DNA of 32,000 bases from a cyanobacterium endosymbiont of Braarudosphaera bigelowii. Lineage in GTDB: Bacteria; Cyanobacteriota; Cyanobacteriia; Cyanobacteriales; Microcystaceae. The notes below the pieces were generated by a model. It was not told the DNA's origin and searched no databases. It worked only from the letters and a program-made list of their open reading frames with translations. The stretch spans positions 780,001 to 812,000 of the forward strand of contig NZ_AP024987.1 in assembly GCF_020885515.1 (NCBI RefSeq), in the 5' to 3' direction. The position numbers and the translations under genes are program-made. Positions 18,935 through 28,808 of this stretch are shown piece by piece (position 1 is the stretch's first letter; the number at the start of each line of letters is the position of its first letter).

Positions 18935-21793
18935 ATGGCTAATTTACATAACATCCTTATTCGTGGCGCTAGGCAAAATAACTTAAAAAATATTAGTCTT
19001 GAACTTCCTCGTAATAAATTAATTGTTTTTACAGGAGTATCAGGTTCAGGAAAATCTTCTCTAGCCTTTGACACTATTTTTGCTGAAGGGCAAAGACGCT
19101 ATGTAGAATCTTTAAGTGCTTACGCTAGGCAATTTTTAGGACAATTAGATAAACCTGATATTGATACAATCGAAGGTTTAAGTCCTGCCATTTCTATTGA
19201 TCAAAAATCGACTTCTCACAATCCTCGTTCAACAGTAGGCACAATAACAGAGATTTATGATTATTTGAGACTATTGTTTAGTAGGGCTGGTATACCATAT
19301 TGCCCTATATGTGGTCATACTATTTCTCCTCAAACTGTTGATCAAATGTGCGATCGCGTAATGGAATTGCCAGAAAATACAAAGTTTCAAATTCTAGCTC
19401 CTGTAATACGAAGGAAAAAGGGAACTCACAAGCATTTATTATCTAATTTAATTTCCCAAGGATTTGTAAGAGTGAGAGTTGATGGAAAAATTAAAGAAAT
19501 TACAGATGATATTCAATTGAATAAAAACCAGTATCACAATATTGAAATTGTTATTGATCGTCTTATTAAAAAAAAAGGTATTGAAGAAAGGCTAACGGAT
19601 TCTTTAAAAACTTGTTTGATGAACTCTGAAGGATTATCAATAATTAGTATTGATGTAAAAAAATCTATACAAAATGAAAAAAAAGAGTTTGAATCACCTA
19701 CAGAATTAATGTTTTCTGAAAATTTTTCTTGTCCTGAGCATGGAGCAGTAATGGAAGAGCTTTCCCCTCGATTATTCTCTTTTAACTCTCCCTACGGTGC
19801 TTGTCCTGATTGCCACGGCTTGGGAAGTCTCCGCAAATTTTCTCCAGATCTGATTATTCCCAATCATTTCTCTCCAATCTATGCAGCTATTGTTCCTTGG
19901 TCAGAAAAAAATAATTCTTATTATTTGTCCTTATTACATAATATTGGTAAAAACTGTGGTTTTGATATTCAAACTCCTTGGAATGAATTGACTAGGGAAC
20001 AACAAGAGTTTGTGCTATATGGTAGTGATAAACCTATATGGTTTGAAGAAGATTCCCAATTTAGCAATAATCGTAAAGGATATTATTATAATTTTAAAGG
20101 AATTTTAGCAATTTTGGAACGTAATTATAATGAAACTAGCTCTGAAAACATAAAGCAAAAAATGGAGCAGTATATTGTTGAACAAACTTGTAGATCTTGC
20201 TCAGGAAAGCGTTTAAAACCAGAAGTGTTATCCGTTAAATTGGGACAATATAATATTAATGAATTGACAAGTGTTTCTATTGATAAATGTTTAAAAAGAA
20301 TAGAACAATTAGAATTAACTCCAAAACAAAGGTTAATTGGTGAAATAGCATTAAAAGAAATTAAAAATCGATTAAAGTTCCTGTTAGATGTTGGTTTAAA
20401 CTATCTAACATTAGATAGGGGAACAGCAACTTTATCAGGAGGTGAAGCGCAAAGAATTCGCTTGGCAACACAGATTGGTTCAGGATTAACAGGAGTTTTA
20501 TATGTATTAGATGAACCAAGTATAGGATTGCATCAACGAGATAACAAACGTCTTTTAAAGACTTTAAGAAATCTTAGAGATTTAGGTAACACCCTAATAG
20601 TTGTTGAACATGATGAGGAAACAATTCGTGCAGCTGATTATATAGTTGATATAGGTCCTTTAGCAGGAGCATATGGGGGACAAATAGTTTCTCAAGGAAA
20701 CTTAGAGACATTGTTGCAATCAGAACATTCTCTTACAGCAGACTACCTATCCGGTAGAAAAGCAATTAGAAAAGAAGCAAGAAAACGTTTAGGAAATGGC
20801 GCTGCCTTGCAATTAAAAGGTTGTCGTGCTAATAATTTAAAAAATTTTAATGTATCAATTCCATTAGGAAAGTTAGTTGCTATTACAGGGGTTTCTGGAT
20901 CAGGAAAATCTACTTTGATCAAAGGGCTTTTATATCCTGCATTACAGAATCATTTAACGAAAAAGAGTCCTTTCCCAAAATATCTTTCTGAAATCAAAGG
21001 ACTTGAACTAATTGATAAAGTGATTGTTATAGATCAATCTCCTATTGGTCGAACTCCCCGTTCAAACCCTGTCACGTATACCGGCATCTTTGATAGTATA
21101 CGAGAACTTTTTTCACAAACCATAGAAGCGAAAGCAAGAGGCTATAAACCTGGACAATTCTCTTTTAATGTAAAAGGTGGAAGGTGTGAAAATTGTGGGG
21201 GACAAGGAGTAAATATAATAGAAATGAATTTTTTACCAGATGTATATGTTCAATGTGAAGTTTGCAAAGGAACAAGATATAATCGAGAAACTCTACAAGT
21301 TAAATACAAAGGATATACAATTTCTGATGTTTTAAATATGACTATTGAAGAAGGATTACAGGTTTTTAGAAATATTCCTAGAGCTCGAAATAAATTGCAA
21401 ACTCTAGCTGATGTGGGATTAGGATATTTAAAATTAGGACAATCAGCACCAACATTGTCAGGAGGTGAAGCACAGCGAGTTAAACTAGCTTCAGAACTAT
21501 CTCGTAGAGCAACAGGAAAAACTTTATATCTTATTGATGAACCTACTACTGGTTTATCTTTTTATGATGTTCATCATTTGTTAAATATTTTACAAAGATT
21601 AGTTGAAAAGGGAAATTCAATTATAGTTATTGAGCACAATTTAGATGTAATTAAATGTTCAGATTGGATAATTGACTTAGGTCCAGAGGGTGGTGATGAA
21701 GGAGGATTTATTGTTGCGACTGGAACTCCAGAAAAAGTTGTCCAAAATTTAAAATCTTATACAGGAAAATATTTGAAAAATATTTTAGAATAA
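18935..21793 (+). CDS. uvrA: Excinuclease ABC subunit A
   Basis: 952 aa. Two Walker A sites (GVSGSGKSS, GVSGSGKST), two LSGGE signatures and zinc modules (CPICGH, CPDCHG, CENCGG...CEVCKG). Confidence 0.97.
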   Translation: MANLHNILIRGARQNNLKNISLELPRNKLIVFTGVSGSGKSSLAFDTIFAEGQRRYVESLSAYARQFLGQLDKPDIDTIEGLSPAISIDQKSTSHNPRSTVGTITEIYDYLRLLFSRAGIPYCPICGHTISPQTVDQMCDRVMELPENTKFQILAPVIRRKKGTHKHLLSNLISQGFVRVRVDGKIKEITDDIQLNKNQYHNIEIVIDRLIKKKGIEERLTDSLKTCLMNSEGLSIISIDVKKSIQNEKKEFESPTELMFSENFSCPEHGAVMEELSPRLFSFNSPYGACPDCHGLGSLRKFSPDLIIPNHFSPIYAAIVPWSEKNNSYYLSLLHNIGKNCGFDIQTPWNELTREQQEFVLYGSDKPIWFEEDSQFSNNRKGYYYNFKGILAILERNYNETSSENIKQKMEQYIVEQTCRSCSGKRLKPEVLSVKLGQYNINELTSVSIDKCLKRIEQLELTPKQRLIGEIALKEIKNRLKFLLDVGLNYLTLDRGTATLSGGEAQRIRLATQIGSGLTGVLYVLDEPSIGLHQRDNKRLLKTLRNLRDLGNTLIVVEHDEETIRAADYIVDIGPLAGAYGGQIVSQGNLETLLQSEHSLTADYLSGRKAIRKEARKRLGNGAALQLKGCRANNLKNFNVSIPLGKLVAITGVSGSGKSTLIKGLLYPALQNHLTKKSPFPKYLSEIKGLELIDKVIVIDQSPIGRTPRSNPVTYTGIFDSIRELFSQTIEAKARGYKPGQFSFNVKGGRCENCGGQGVNIIEMNFLPDVYVQCEVCKGTRYNRETLQVKYKGYTISDVLNMTIEEGLQVFRNIPRARNKLQTLADVGLGYLKLGQSAPTLSGGEAQRVKLASELSRRATGKTLYLIDEPTTGLSFYDVHHLLNILQRLVEKGNSIIVIEHNLDVIKCSDWIIDLGPEGGDEGGFIVATGTPEKVVQNLKSYTGKYLKNILE
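19350..19357. repeat. Single HIP1 octamer (GCGATCGC)
   Basis: Exact GCGATCGC inside uvrA. It is the only complete copy I could find in the 32 kb. Degenerate versions occur, for example GCGATCAG near 6281 and TGATCGCT near 15353. Confidence 0.6.
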
Positions 21794-21868
21794 AATGTGG
21801 TTGTATAAAAAAGTGTAAATTAAAAAATTTATAGATTTAACCACAAAAAATTATTTATATATTACGGT

Positions 21869-22564
21869 ATGTCTACTCAAAAAAATTCTAGGCTCATTAT
21901 AGCTATTGATGGGCCAGCAGGAGCTGGTAAATCCACCGTAACTCGGAAAGTAGCCAAAAAAATTAATTTAAACTATTTAGATACAGGAGCAATGTATCGA
22001 GCAATTACTTGGTTGGTATTAAAATCAGAAATTGCATTAGAGAATGAAAAGGCAATAGCAGAATTAATTGAGACAGCAACTTTGTATTTAATGAATAATC
22101 CTGAGGAAGAAATATCTCAAGTTTTTATAAATGGAGAAGAAGTAACTAAGTATCTAAGAACATTAGAAGTAACTGAAGCAGTTTCTTTAATTTCGGCTCA
22201 AGTTGCAGTAAGAAATAAATTAGTAAAATGTCAACGGGAAATGGGTTACTCTAGAGGAGTTATCGCTGAAGGGCGCGATATTGGAACTAATGTGTTTCCA
22301 GATGCAGATATTAAAATATTTCTTACTGCATCTGTAAAGGAAAGAGCAAAACGTAGACTAAAAGATTATAAGTCTCAGAAATTAGAAAATATTAGTATAC
22401 ATAAACTGGAAAAAGATATTGAAGCAAGAGATTATCAAGATAGTCATCGAAAAATCGCACCCCTTCGTAAAGCTATTGACGCTATTGAAATAAATACAGA
22501 TAGACTTACACTTGAGGAAGTAACTTCTCAAATAATTTATATATGTGAAGGATATATTAAGTAG
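21869..22564 (+). CDS. cmk: Cytidylate kinase
   Basis: 231 aa with IAIDGPAGAGKSTV (P-loop), YLDTGAMYRA and GRDIGT motifs. Confidence 0.93.
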   Translation: MSTQKNSRLIIAIDGPAGAGKSTVTRKVAKKINLNYLDTGAMYRAITWLVLKSEIALENEKAIAELIETATLYLMNNPEEEISQVFINGEEVTKYLRTLEVTEAVSLISAQVAVRNKLVKCQREMGYSRGVIAEGRDIGTNVFPDADIKIFLTASVKERAKRRLKDYKSQKLENISIHKLEKDIEARDYQDSHRKIAPLRKAIDAIEINTDRLTLEEVTSQIIYICEGYIK

Positions 22565-22626
22565 AAAGATATATTTTTAGTCATATTTAATGATTTATTT
22601 ATTGCATACATATTACATTACAATAA

Positions 22627-22669
22627 TTAGAAATCTAGGATATTAATACTAATTATCCCAGATTTCTAA
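22627..22669. terminator. Long hairpin between convergent cmk and fba
   Basis: TTAGAAATCTAGGATA (22627-22642) / TATCCCAGATTTCTAA (22654-22669) form a 16-bp stem with one mismatch and an 11-nt loop, placed midway between the two stop codons. Confidence 0.5.
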
Positions 22670-22702
22670 TGATGAAATATCATCGTAATGATTATTCTAT
22701 AA

Positions 22703-23770
22703 TCAACTTTTTCTACTTGTTGTCAATTCATTTCTAGAATATTTCGCAGCATAGTCTTCAAGAGTCATCTGTTTAATCTTGCTAGCATTACCTGCAGCCC
22801 AAAACTGTTGATAACGATCAGCACAAACTGTTTTCATATAGTTAATTGATGGTTTCATAAAATGACGTGGATCAAAGTTGCTAGGATCTTTTGCAAAGCA
22901 TTCACGAATAGCTGCTGTAATCGCTAAACGATTATCAGTATCGATATTAACTTTGCGAACTCCACTTTTGATACCTTTTTGAATTTCTTCAACAGGTACA
23001 CCATATGTTTCAGGTATTTTCCCACCATATTGATTAATTATATTTAACCATTCCTGAGGTACAGATGAGGAGCCATGCATAACTAAATGAGTATTAGGAA
23101 GACGTTTGTGTATTTCTTCAATACGATTAATCGCCAAGATTTCTCCAGTAGGCTTGCGGCTAAATTTATAAGCACCATGACTAGTACCAATAGCTACAGC
23201 CAAGGCATCTACTTGAGTATTTTCAACAAATTCTACCGCTTCATCAGGATCTGTAAGAAGCTGTTCTTTACTTAGAGTTCCTTCAAATCCATGACCATCT
23301 TCTTTTTCTCCTTGACCAGTTTCGAGAGAACCTAGACATCCAAGCTCGCCTTCTACACTAGAACCTACAGCATGAGCTACTTTAACTACTTCGGAAGTAA
23401 CACAAACGTTATAGTCAAAGCTGGCAGGAGTTTTGCCATCTGCTTCTAGAGAGCCATCCATCATTACACTAGTAAATCCATTACGAATTGCACTATAACA
23501 AGTAGCAGGACTATTACCATGATCCTGATGCATAGCAATAGGAATATGAGGATAGCTTTCAGCTGCTGCAAGAATTAAATGACGAAGAAAGTTTTCTCCT
23601 GCATATTTTCGGGCACCACGAGAAGCTTGTAAAATTGCAGGACTGTTGGTTTCATTTGCTGCCTGCATAATTGCTAAGATCTGTTCCATATTATTTACAT
23701 TGAATGCAGGAATACCATAATTGTTTTCTGCTGCATGATCTAAAAGTAGCCGCATAGGTACAAGCGCCAT
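22703..23770 (-). CDS. fba: Class II fructose-1,6-bisphosphate aldolase
   Basis: 355 aa with [28 protein letters not shown] and HGSSSVP motifs. An AGGGGGG Shine-Dalgarno sequence lies upstream. Confidence 0.95.
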   Translation of the reverse strand: MALVPMRLLLDHAAENNYGIPAFNVNNMEQILAIMQAANETNSPAILQASRGARKYAGENFLRHLILAAAESYPHIPIAMHQDHGNSPATCYSAIRNGFTSVMMDGSLEADGKTPASFDYNVCVTSEVVKVAHAVGSSVEGELGCLGSLETGQGEKEDGHGFEGTLSKEQLLTDPDEAVEFVENTQVDALAVAIGTSHGAYKFSRKPTGEILAINRIEEIHKRLPNTHLVMHGSSSVPQEWLNIINQYGGKIPETYGVPVEEIQKGIKSGVRKVNIDTDNRLAITAAIRECFAKDPSNFDPRHFMKPSINYMKTVCADRYQQFWAAGNASKIKQMTLEDYAAKYSRNELTTSRKS

Positions 23771-24082
23771 AGATGCCCCCCTAGTTTTTTCTAATTTTTG
23801 TGAGTGGTTCGTTAAGAAAATTAATTCCCTTATTCGTTAATCTTAAGATAGATTTCACTCTTTTGACGAATACTTTACTTTATTTCTCTTTCTATATGTT
23901 GTTTATTAATGTCAAATTTAATTTTTAGAGTAAATAAATAATTTCTTATAAAAATATTTTTGCTAATTTCTAAAAACTTTAATTTTTTCAAGCATTGAGA
24001 TAATGCATGCTACACCAAATAGTTAAATAAACAGTAGTAAATAACAATATATCAAACTTTACTCACAAGATCTTTAGATACT

Positions 24083-25198
24083 TTATCTGATGTGATAACC
24101 GTTTACAAGACCTTCAATAATTGATAACAACTCTTTCTGTGTTAAATTATAGGAAATACTAGAGGTTATAGCGCATGCTCCAGCACCCATTCCTTCTTTA
24201 ATATATCCTTCTTCATAAACTTGCAATTGTTCATAACAAGAGTTAGAAAAATTTAATTGAGTTGCTAATAAAGGAACTTCCCCTATCAATTTAGCCAATC
24301 CTAATGTATCTCCAGTCTTATCTTCCAGTACCCAACGTGTTGTTCCTACAATAATATTTTCTAAATTTGCTTCATAATTAAACGTTTTTATAATAGTTTT
24401 TATTAATTGATATACTGCGAGCATCTGTGTTCCTCCTGCTAGTATTAAGCCAGTGTTTAAACTAGCTGAAATTGCCATTCCAGCTACGGTAATTTGCATA
24501 GGGTCACCTACCGAGGCGATTAATTCAAAAGGATTAATTGGAGTATCCATAAAATTATAATTAGCCTTTTTGAATCCTTCTTTGACTATTAAGTCTTTAT
24601 AGTTATGGTCGCAATAAGGATAACTACTGTTAACTTTCTGTGATGCATCAACACCTAGTCCCTTAAGAACAGCCAGGGCTGTTGTTGTTCCACCTACAAC
24701 GCATTCACCTAAAACTAAGTATTTTTTATTTGAATTCTTAGTCAATTTTTTACCCCAAGCTAGTCCATGGTAGAATAATTTAGTAACTAAATTTAGAGGT
24801 AATGCTTTTCCGGTACTTAAACAATTAGCGGGTTTCCCCCTCAGATCAATACAAGGAAAAGAGGGATTTGATGGTAAACCAGTATTAAATAAATAGAAAG
24901 GAATCTGACAATGTTCAATGATTGCACGCGTTATAAATACGGGAGAAATTCCTTGAACTAAGGATGGTAGAGAATACTTATATGAAGAACTGATTCCTTT
25001 AACCAAAAACTCTGCATCTGCTAATGCTGTATATTTTCTAGCTTCTGAAGTAGTCCCTGCTAATGAAATGTCTGGAATTAAGGCAGTTTCAGTAAAGCCT
25101 AAAATGCAAATAAAAAGAGGAGAAAATTTATTATAAGTGCTAATCCATTTATCTACTAGAAGCTTCTCGCTATATATATAAAACATTCTTTTATTCAA
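24083..25198 (-). CDS. CobT-like phosphoribosyltransferase-fold protein (UPF0284 / TIGR00303 family)
   Basis: 371 aa. The segment GFTETALIPDISLAGTTSEARKYTALADAEFL and the later GGTTTA, AGGTQM and GMGAG glycine motifs resemble the cyanobacterial/archaeal UPF0284 CobT homologues. Confidence 0.8.
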   Translation of the reverse strand: MNKRMFYIYSEKLLVDKWISTYNKFSPLFICILGFTETALIPDISLAGTTSEARKYTALADAEFLVKGISSSYKYSLPSLVQGISPVFITRAIIEHCQIPFYLFNTGLPSNPSFPCIDLRGKPANCLSTGKALPLNLVTKLFYHGLAWGKKLTKNSNKKYLVLGECVVGGTTTALAVLKGLGVDASQKVNSSYPYCDHNYKDLIVKEGFKKANYNFMDTPINPFELIASVGDPMQITVAGMAISASLNTGLILAGGTQMLAVYQLIKTIIKTFNYEANLENIIVGTTRWVLEDKTGDTLGLAKLIGEVPLLATQLNFSNSCYEQLQVYEEGYIKEGMGAGACAITSSISYNLTQKELLSIIEGLVNGYHIR

Positions 25199-25233
25199 TT
25201 GGAGAACATGATAGTAAAACTACTAATTAGCTT

Positions 25234-25262
25234 TTGACATCTACTAGATATATTGGTATAAA
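25234..25262 (+). promoter_or_regulatory. Consensus-like sigma-70 promoter upstream of the gldA-like pseudogene (speculative)
   Basis: TTGACA (25234-25239), an exact 17-nt spacer, then TATAAA (25257-25262). -10-like hexamers are common by chance in this AT-rich DNA, so only the exact -35 with correct spacing is notable. Confidence 0.2.
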
Positions 25263-25490
25263 TAAATCGAATATTCTTCTTTATGAATACTAAACAAAAT
25301 ATTTAAACAATTATTTTAATATATAGTATTAATCGAGAATCGAGAAGTTAGTATCTAAATTTAAATAAGGTTATAAATTATTGAGTCTTACCAAAGCTGC
25401 TTATATAGTTTTTTAGAAAATATCTTCTGAGTTCAAACAATAAAAACATAGAAAAAGCCATTAAATTATAAATTTTAAATATTCTCCAAA

Positions 25491-26539
25491 ATTGATGTGG
25501 CCTATCTATTCAATACTTCTGCTAATTATTTTTCAATTGCTCCTGCCCATATTTTTAAAGGCGAAAATATCATTAGTTTAGGTAGCCGACCTTTGATTAT
25601 TGTAAGAGACACGACTCTTTCCATTATTGGTAATCACCTAAAAGCTATTTTAAAAGAATATTAAAAGCCGCAGTTATTGTTAAAATTTATTTATCTGAAT
25701 GTTCTAGGAGTTATTTGAAACTTCTTACCTATTTAATTAAGGTAAATAAAGCAGATGTAATTATTGGAGTTGGAAGAGGAAAAATTCTTGATATGGCAAA
25801 AATATTGACTCATTACAATACACTACTAATAGTTACTATTCCTATATCTGATGCAACTTGTGCTATATGAACGGTTATATCTAAAATCTGCGTAAACCAA
25901 GGCATATTTTAGTATGATGTATCACTATCGCGTTGTCCTGACATTTTAATGTTGGACTATTTAATTATTAGAACAGCTTCCTAATATACTCTAGTAGTAA
26001 GGATAGACAATCCTATCGCAAAATGGTGTAAGGAGTTAATTAATTTGGATACTGTTAACAGTAGATAAACTTTAACAATCGCAGTGATTTAGCATGCAAG
26101 GACTATAAAAGATATATTGCAACAAAAGTCCTCTGTAGCTGTTAACAATATATATGAATAAGAATGATTTGAAGTGATTTATGCTTGTATATTATTCACT
26201 GGTATTGTTAGTGGCCTAAGTGGTCCTAATTGTAGAACAGTAGCTGCACACTTAGTACCTAATGGTTTAACTAGTATAAAAACAATACATAAAATATTAC
26301 ATGGAGAAACAGTAGCTTATGATATTTTAGTCTGATTAAGATTAGAGGAAATTATGCAAAAGAATCACTTACCATTTATTTCAAAAAAACTTTTAAAATT
26401 TTATAAACAAGTTGATTTGTCAAAAAGCTTAGAAGATTTAGGATTAGATAAAATAATAGTAAAAGAACTAAATTTTCTAACCAAGATTATTTGTCATTTT
26501 AACTCTGATATTCATCGATTACCTTTTGCCTTATCTTAA
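25491..26539 (+). pseudogene. Glycerol dehydrogenase-like / iron-containing alcohol dehydrogenase family pseudogene
   Basis: Family order is preserved but broken. The first fragment is ...GSRPLIIVRDTTLSIIGNHLKAILKEY* (TAA at 25662). After a frameshift comes YLSECS...ADVIIGVGRGKILDMAKIL...IVTIPISDATCAI* (TGA at 25868; GGGK has degraded to GRGK). The next piece is ...NQGIF* (TAG at 25910), followed by ...HGETVAYDILV*. The final piece, ...LEDLGLDK...IHRLPFALS, is the track ORF 26354..26539. Confidence 0.8.
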
Positions 26540-26907
26540 AAACAATTATTAATAATGAAATCAATTGCAAAATAGAATATGCTAATTAAAATAACGTTTT
26601 TTACTTTAACTAGCTTACATATATAAAGGATTATAGGCTTTATTCTCAATTTTTTGCATAATCATATGTAAATAGTTCATATAGTTATTATCTAAAAAAG
26701 CATTAGTTATTTCTTGATTTATTATTTATCTCGGTAATGAGTAATAATTCTCATTCTTTAAGAAGATATAAAAAATAAATCATAGTTAAAATTTGTTAAA
26801 ACATCAAGGAACAAAATATAGCTTTCAATCAATCTTTAATCTAAGAAATCAAAATTTTCAAGACTAGTTAGATAATAGAACTTTTTACATACATTAGGAG
26901 ATAAAAA

Positions 26908-27348
26908 ATGAACAGTTTTGTGTTGATGGCGAAAGTTATTAGTAATCCTGAATTAAGATATACCTCAGATACCCAAAAAGAAATAACTCAAATGTTTGTA
27001 GAATTTGAAGGTGGACGCTTAGAAGATTCATCTCGTACTTTAAAAGTTTTAGGTTGGGGTAATTTAGCTGCTAATATGAAAACGAATTGTCATGAGGGTG
27101 ATATGTTGATAATCGAGGGTAGGTTGTCTACTAATACTTTCGAACGTAAAGAAGGCTTTAAAGAGAAAAGAATTGAATTAATAGCATCTAATTTTTATCC
27201 TATTCATCAAAGTTCTGGTATTAAGACTTCAGCCCACCCTAATACAAATTTTGATCCGTATAAGAGTAAAGATGATAGCCACTATAATCTAAATCAATTA
27301 AATGATAATTCTACAATCTCTGATAACGACGATCCAATTCCTTTTTAA
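26908..27348 (+). CDS. ssb: Single-stranded DNA-binding protein
   Basis: 146 aa. The N-terminus is OB-fold-like (MNSFVLMAKVISNPELRYT...GRL). A low-complexity linker follows, then an acidic C-terminal tip DNDDPIPF typical of bacterial SSB. Confidence 0.9.
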   Translation: MNSFVLMAKVISNPELRYTSDTQKEITQMFVEFEGGRLEDSSRTLKVLGWGNLAANMKTNCHEGDMLIIEGRLSTNTFERKEGFKEKRIELIASNFYPIHQSSGIKTSAHPNTNFDPYKSKDDSHYNLNQLNDNSTISDNDDPIPF

Positions 27349-27566
27349 GAGAGATAAATTTAGAAAATATCTAGATTTTAAGTATAACTTTTAGAAATAC
27401 TAAATAATGCTAGATTCTACATTTAATGTTAATCATTTATGGTGTTGCTGTAATTATTTCCTTGATTTTTCTAGGAAGTATATAAATTAATATACGTTGT
27501 GACATACATGGAAGAATAATTATTACTATTCTTTAATTGTTTTTATTGAGGTATTTGGAGAAAGTT

Positions 27567-28073
27567 ATGGATTTGAAACTCATTCCTGCTCAGCCTAAAT
27601 CTGGTTTAGTTAATATCTTAGTAGAAATTCCTGCAGGAAGTAAAAATAAATATGAATTTGACAAAAATATGCAGTCCTTTACTTTAGATAGGGCATTGCA
27701 TACCTCTGTACATTATCCATATGATTATGGTTTTATCCCAAATACAGTAGCAGAAAACGGAGATCCTTTAGATGCAATGGTAATTATGGACCAACCAACA
27801 TTTCCTGGATGTGTGATTGCCTCACGTCCTATTGGTATGCTTGAGATAGTTGATGGGAAAGAATATGATCAGAAGATTTTATGTATTCCTGATAGAGATA
27901 TACGTTATACCTATGTAAAATCTCTTAATGATATCAATGTCCATCGCTTAAATGAAATCGCTGAGTTTTTTCGGACTTATCAAAATCTTGAAAAAAAAAC
28001 CATAAAAATCTTAGGCTGGAAGAATGTAGCGGCTGTTTCTTCTCTTATTGAAAAATGTATTAAGGATAATTAA
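27567..28073 (+). CDS. ppa: Inorganic pyrophosphatase (family I)
   Basis: Motifs [20 protein letters not shown] and DGDPLD. I place the start at ATG 27567, preceded by GGAG 6 nt upstream. The track's TTG at 27537 would add 10 non-conserved residues. Confidence 0.92.
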   Translation: MDLKLIPAQPKSGLVNILVEIPAGSKNKYEFDKNMQSFTLDRALHTSVHYPYDYGFIPNTVAENGDPLDAMVIMDQPTFPGCVIASRPIGMLEIVDGKEYDQKILCIPDRDIRYTYVKSLNDINVHRLNEIAEFFRTYQNLEKKTIKILGWKNVAAVSSLIEKCIKDN

Positions 28074-28195
28074 GATTAGAAGGTTGATTATTACATCAGA
28101 TGTTATTTTTATTTCTTTTTAAAATAGCTTAATTGCTCTTTTAAAAAGAAAACATTACTATCTAAGATATCAGTTTTTATTTTTACCTAGTTCTT

Positions 28196-28555
28196 ATGTT
28201 AGTTAAATATACTACTCGGCATGTCCGAATCTTTACAGCTGAAGTCAAAGAAAATGAGTTAGTGGAAAATGATAAGATACTTACTCTGGATATCGATCCT
28301 GATAATGAATTTATTTGGAATGAAGACATTTTAGAGAAAGTTTATCGTAAATTTGATGAGTTAATAGAATTCTCTAGTGGAGAAGATTTAACTGATTATA
28401 ATCTTAATTACATTGGTTCATCTTTAGAAGATTTTATTCGTGATCTTTTACAGAAAGGTGATATTAGTTATAACTTAGGAGGACGCTCTCCTAATTATAG
28501 TATGGGATTACCTAGGGTTAGGAACCTAGAAACCGAAGGAAAATATAATCTATAG
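28196..28555 (+). CDS. ndhM: NAD(P)H-quinone oxidoreductase (NDH-1) subunit M
   Basis: 119 aa. The sequence MLVKYTTRHVRIFTAEV...LTLDIDPDNEF.WNE...KVYRKFDEL...GEDLTDYNL..IGS.LE.FIRDLLQKG..SYNL is close to cyanobacterial NdhM as I recall it. Confidence 0.9.
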   Translation: MLVKYTTRHVRIFTAEVKENELVENDKILTLDIDPDNEFIWNEDILEKVYRKFDELIEFSSGEDLTDYNLNYIGSSLEDFIRDLLQKGDISYNLGGRSPNYSMGLPRVRNLETEGKYNL

Positions 28556-28569
28556 AATGATAAATTTTC

Positions 28570-28610
28570 ATTCCCTGAAATTTTTTTAAGTGTTTTAGGG
28601 AATTTTCTTT
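28570..28610 (+). terminator. Probable intrinsic terminator after ndhM
   Basis: ATTCCCTGAAA (28570-28580) pairs with TTTTAGGGAAT (28593-28603) as 11 bp including one G-U. The loop is 12 nt and the stem is followed by TTTCTTT. Confidence 0.45.
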
Positions 28611-28808
28611 AACTAAAATGATTATTATTTTGAAATGTATCAATAACATATACTCAAAATAATAGTTATTTTCTTAAAAAATTAAATCTAGATGAATAGT
28701 TTATTAATCTATATATAGATAGACAATACTAGGATAATAGTTTCTTATAATAACTCCTCAACTTATACTATCTATAACAAGATTTTTATAATTCTTTCGA
28801 GATTCATT

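Noticed and set aside
18844-19074. 76-aa minus-strand ORF spanning the queA end and the uvrA start.
   Set aside because: Its EDFPEPDTP segment is simply the reverse-complement reading of the uvrA Walker A codons (GVSGSGKSS). It is an antisense artefact.
21796-21845. TGTGGTT ... AACCACA inverted repeat after uvrA, considered as a terminator.
   Set aside because: The stem is only 7 bp, the loop is 36 nt, and the + strand tail is A-rich rather than U-rich. This is too weak to call.
26354-26539. 61-aa ORF that could be annotated as a hypothetical protein.
   Set aside because: It is colinear with the upstream GldA-like fragments and corresponds to the C-terminal helices of that family. It is a pseudogene tail.
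27537-27566. TTG start extending ppa by 10 codons.
   Set aside because: The extension ([10 protein letters not shown]) is not part of the conserved pyrophosphatase N-terminus. The ATG at 27567 has a GGAG Shine-Dalgarno sequence at proper spacing.
28556-28808. Riboswitch (TPP, cobalamin or nickel/cobalt) upstream of the ABC permease / thiL pair.
   Set aside because: The region is almost pure A/T apart from the ndhM terminator hairpin. It has none of the conserved cores I know, for example the CUGAGA of TPP or the GCCACUG B12 box.
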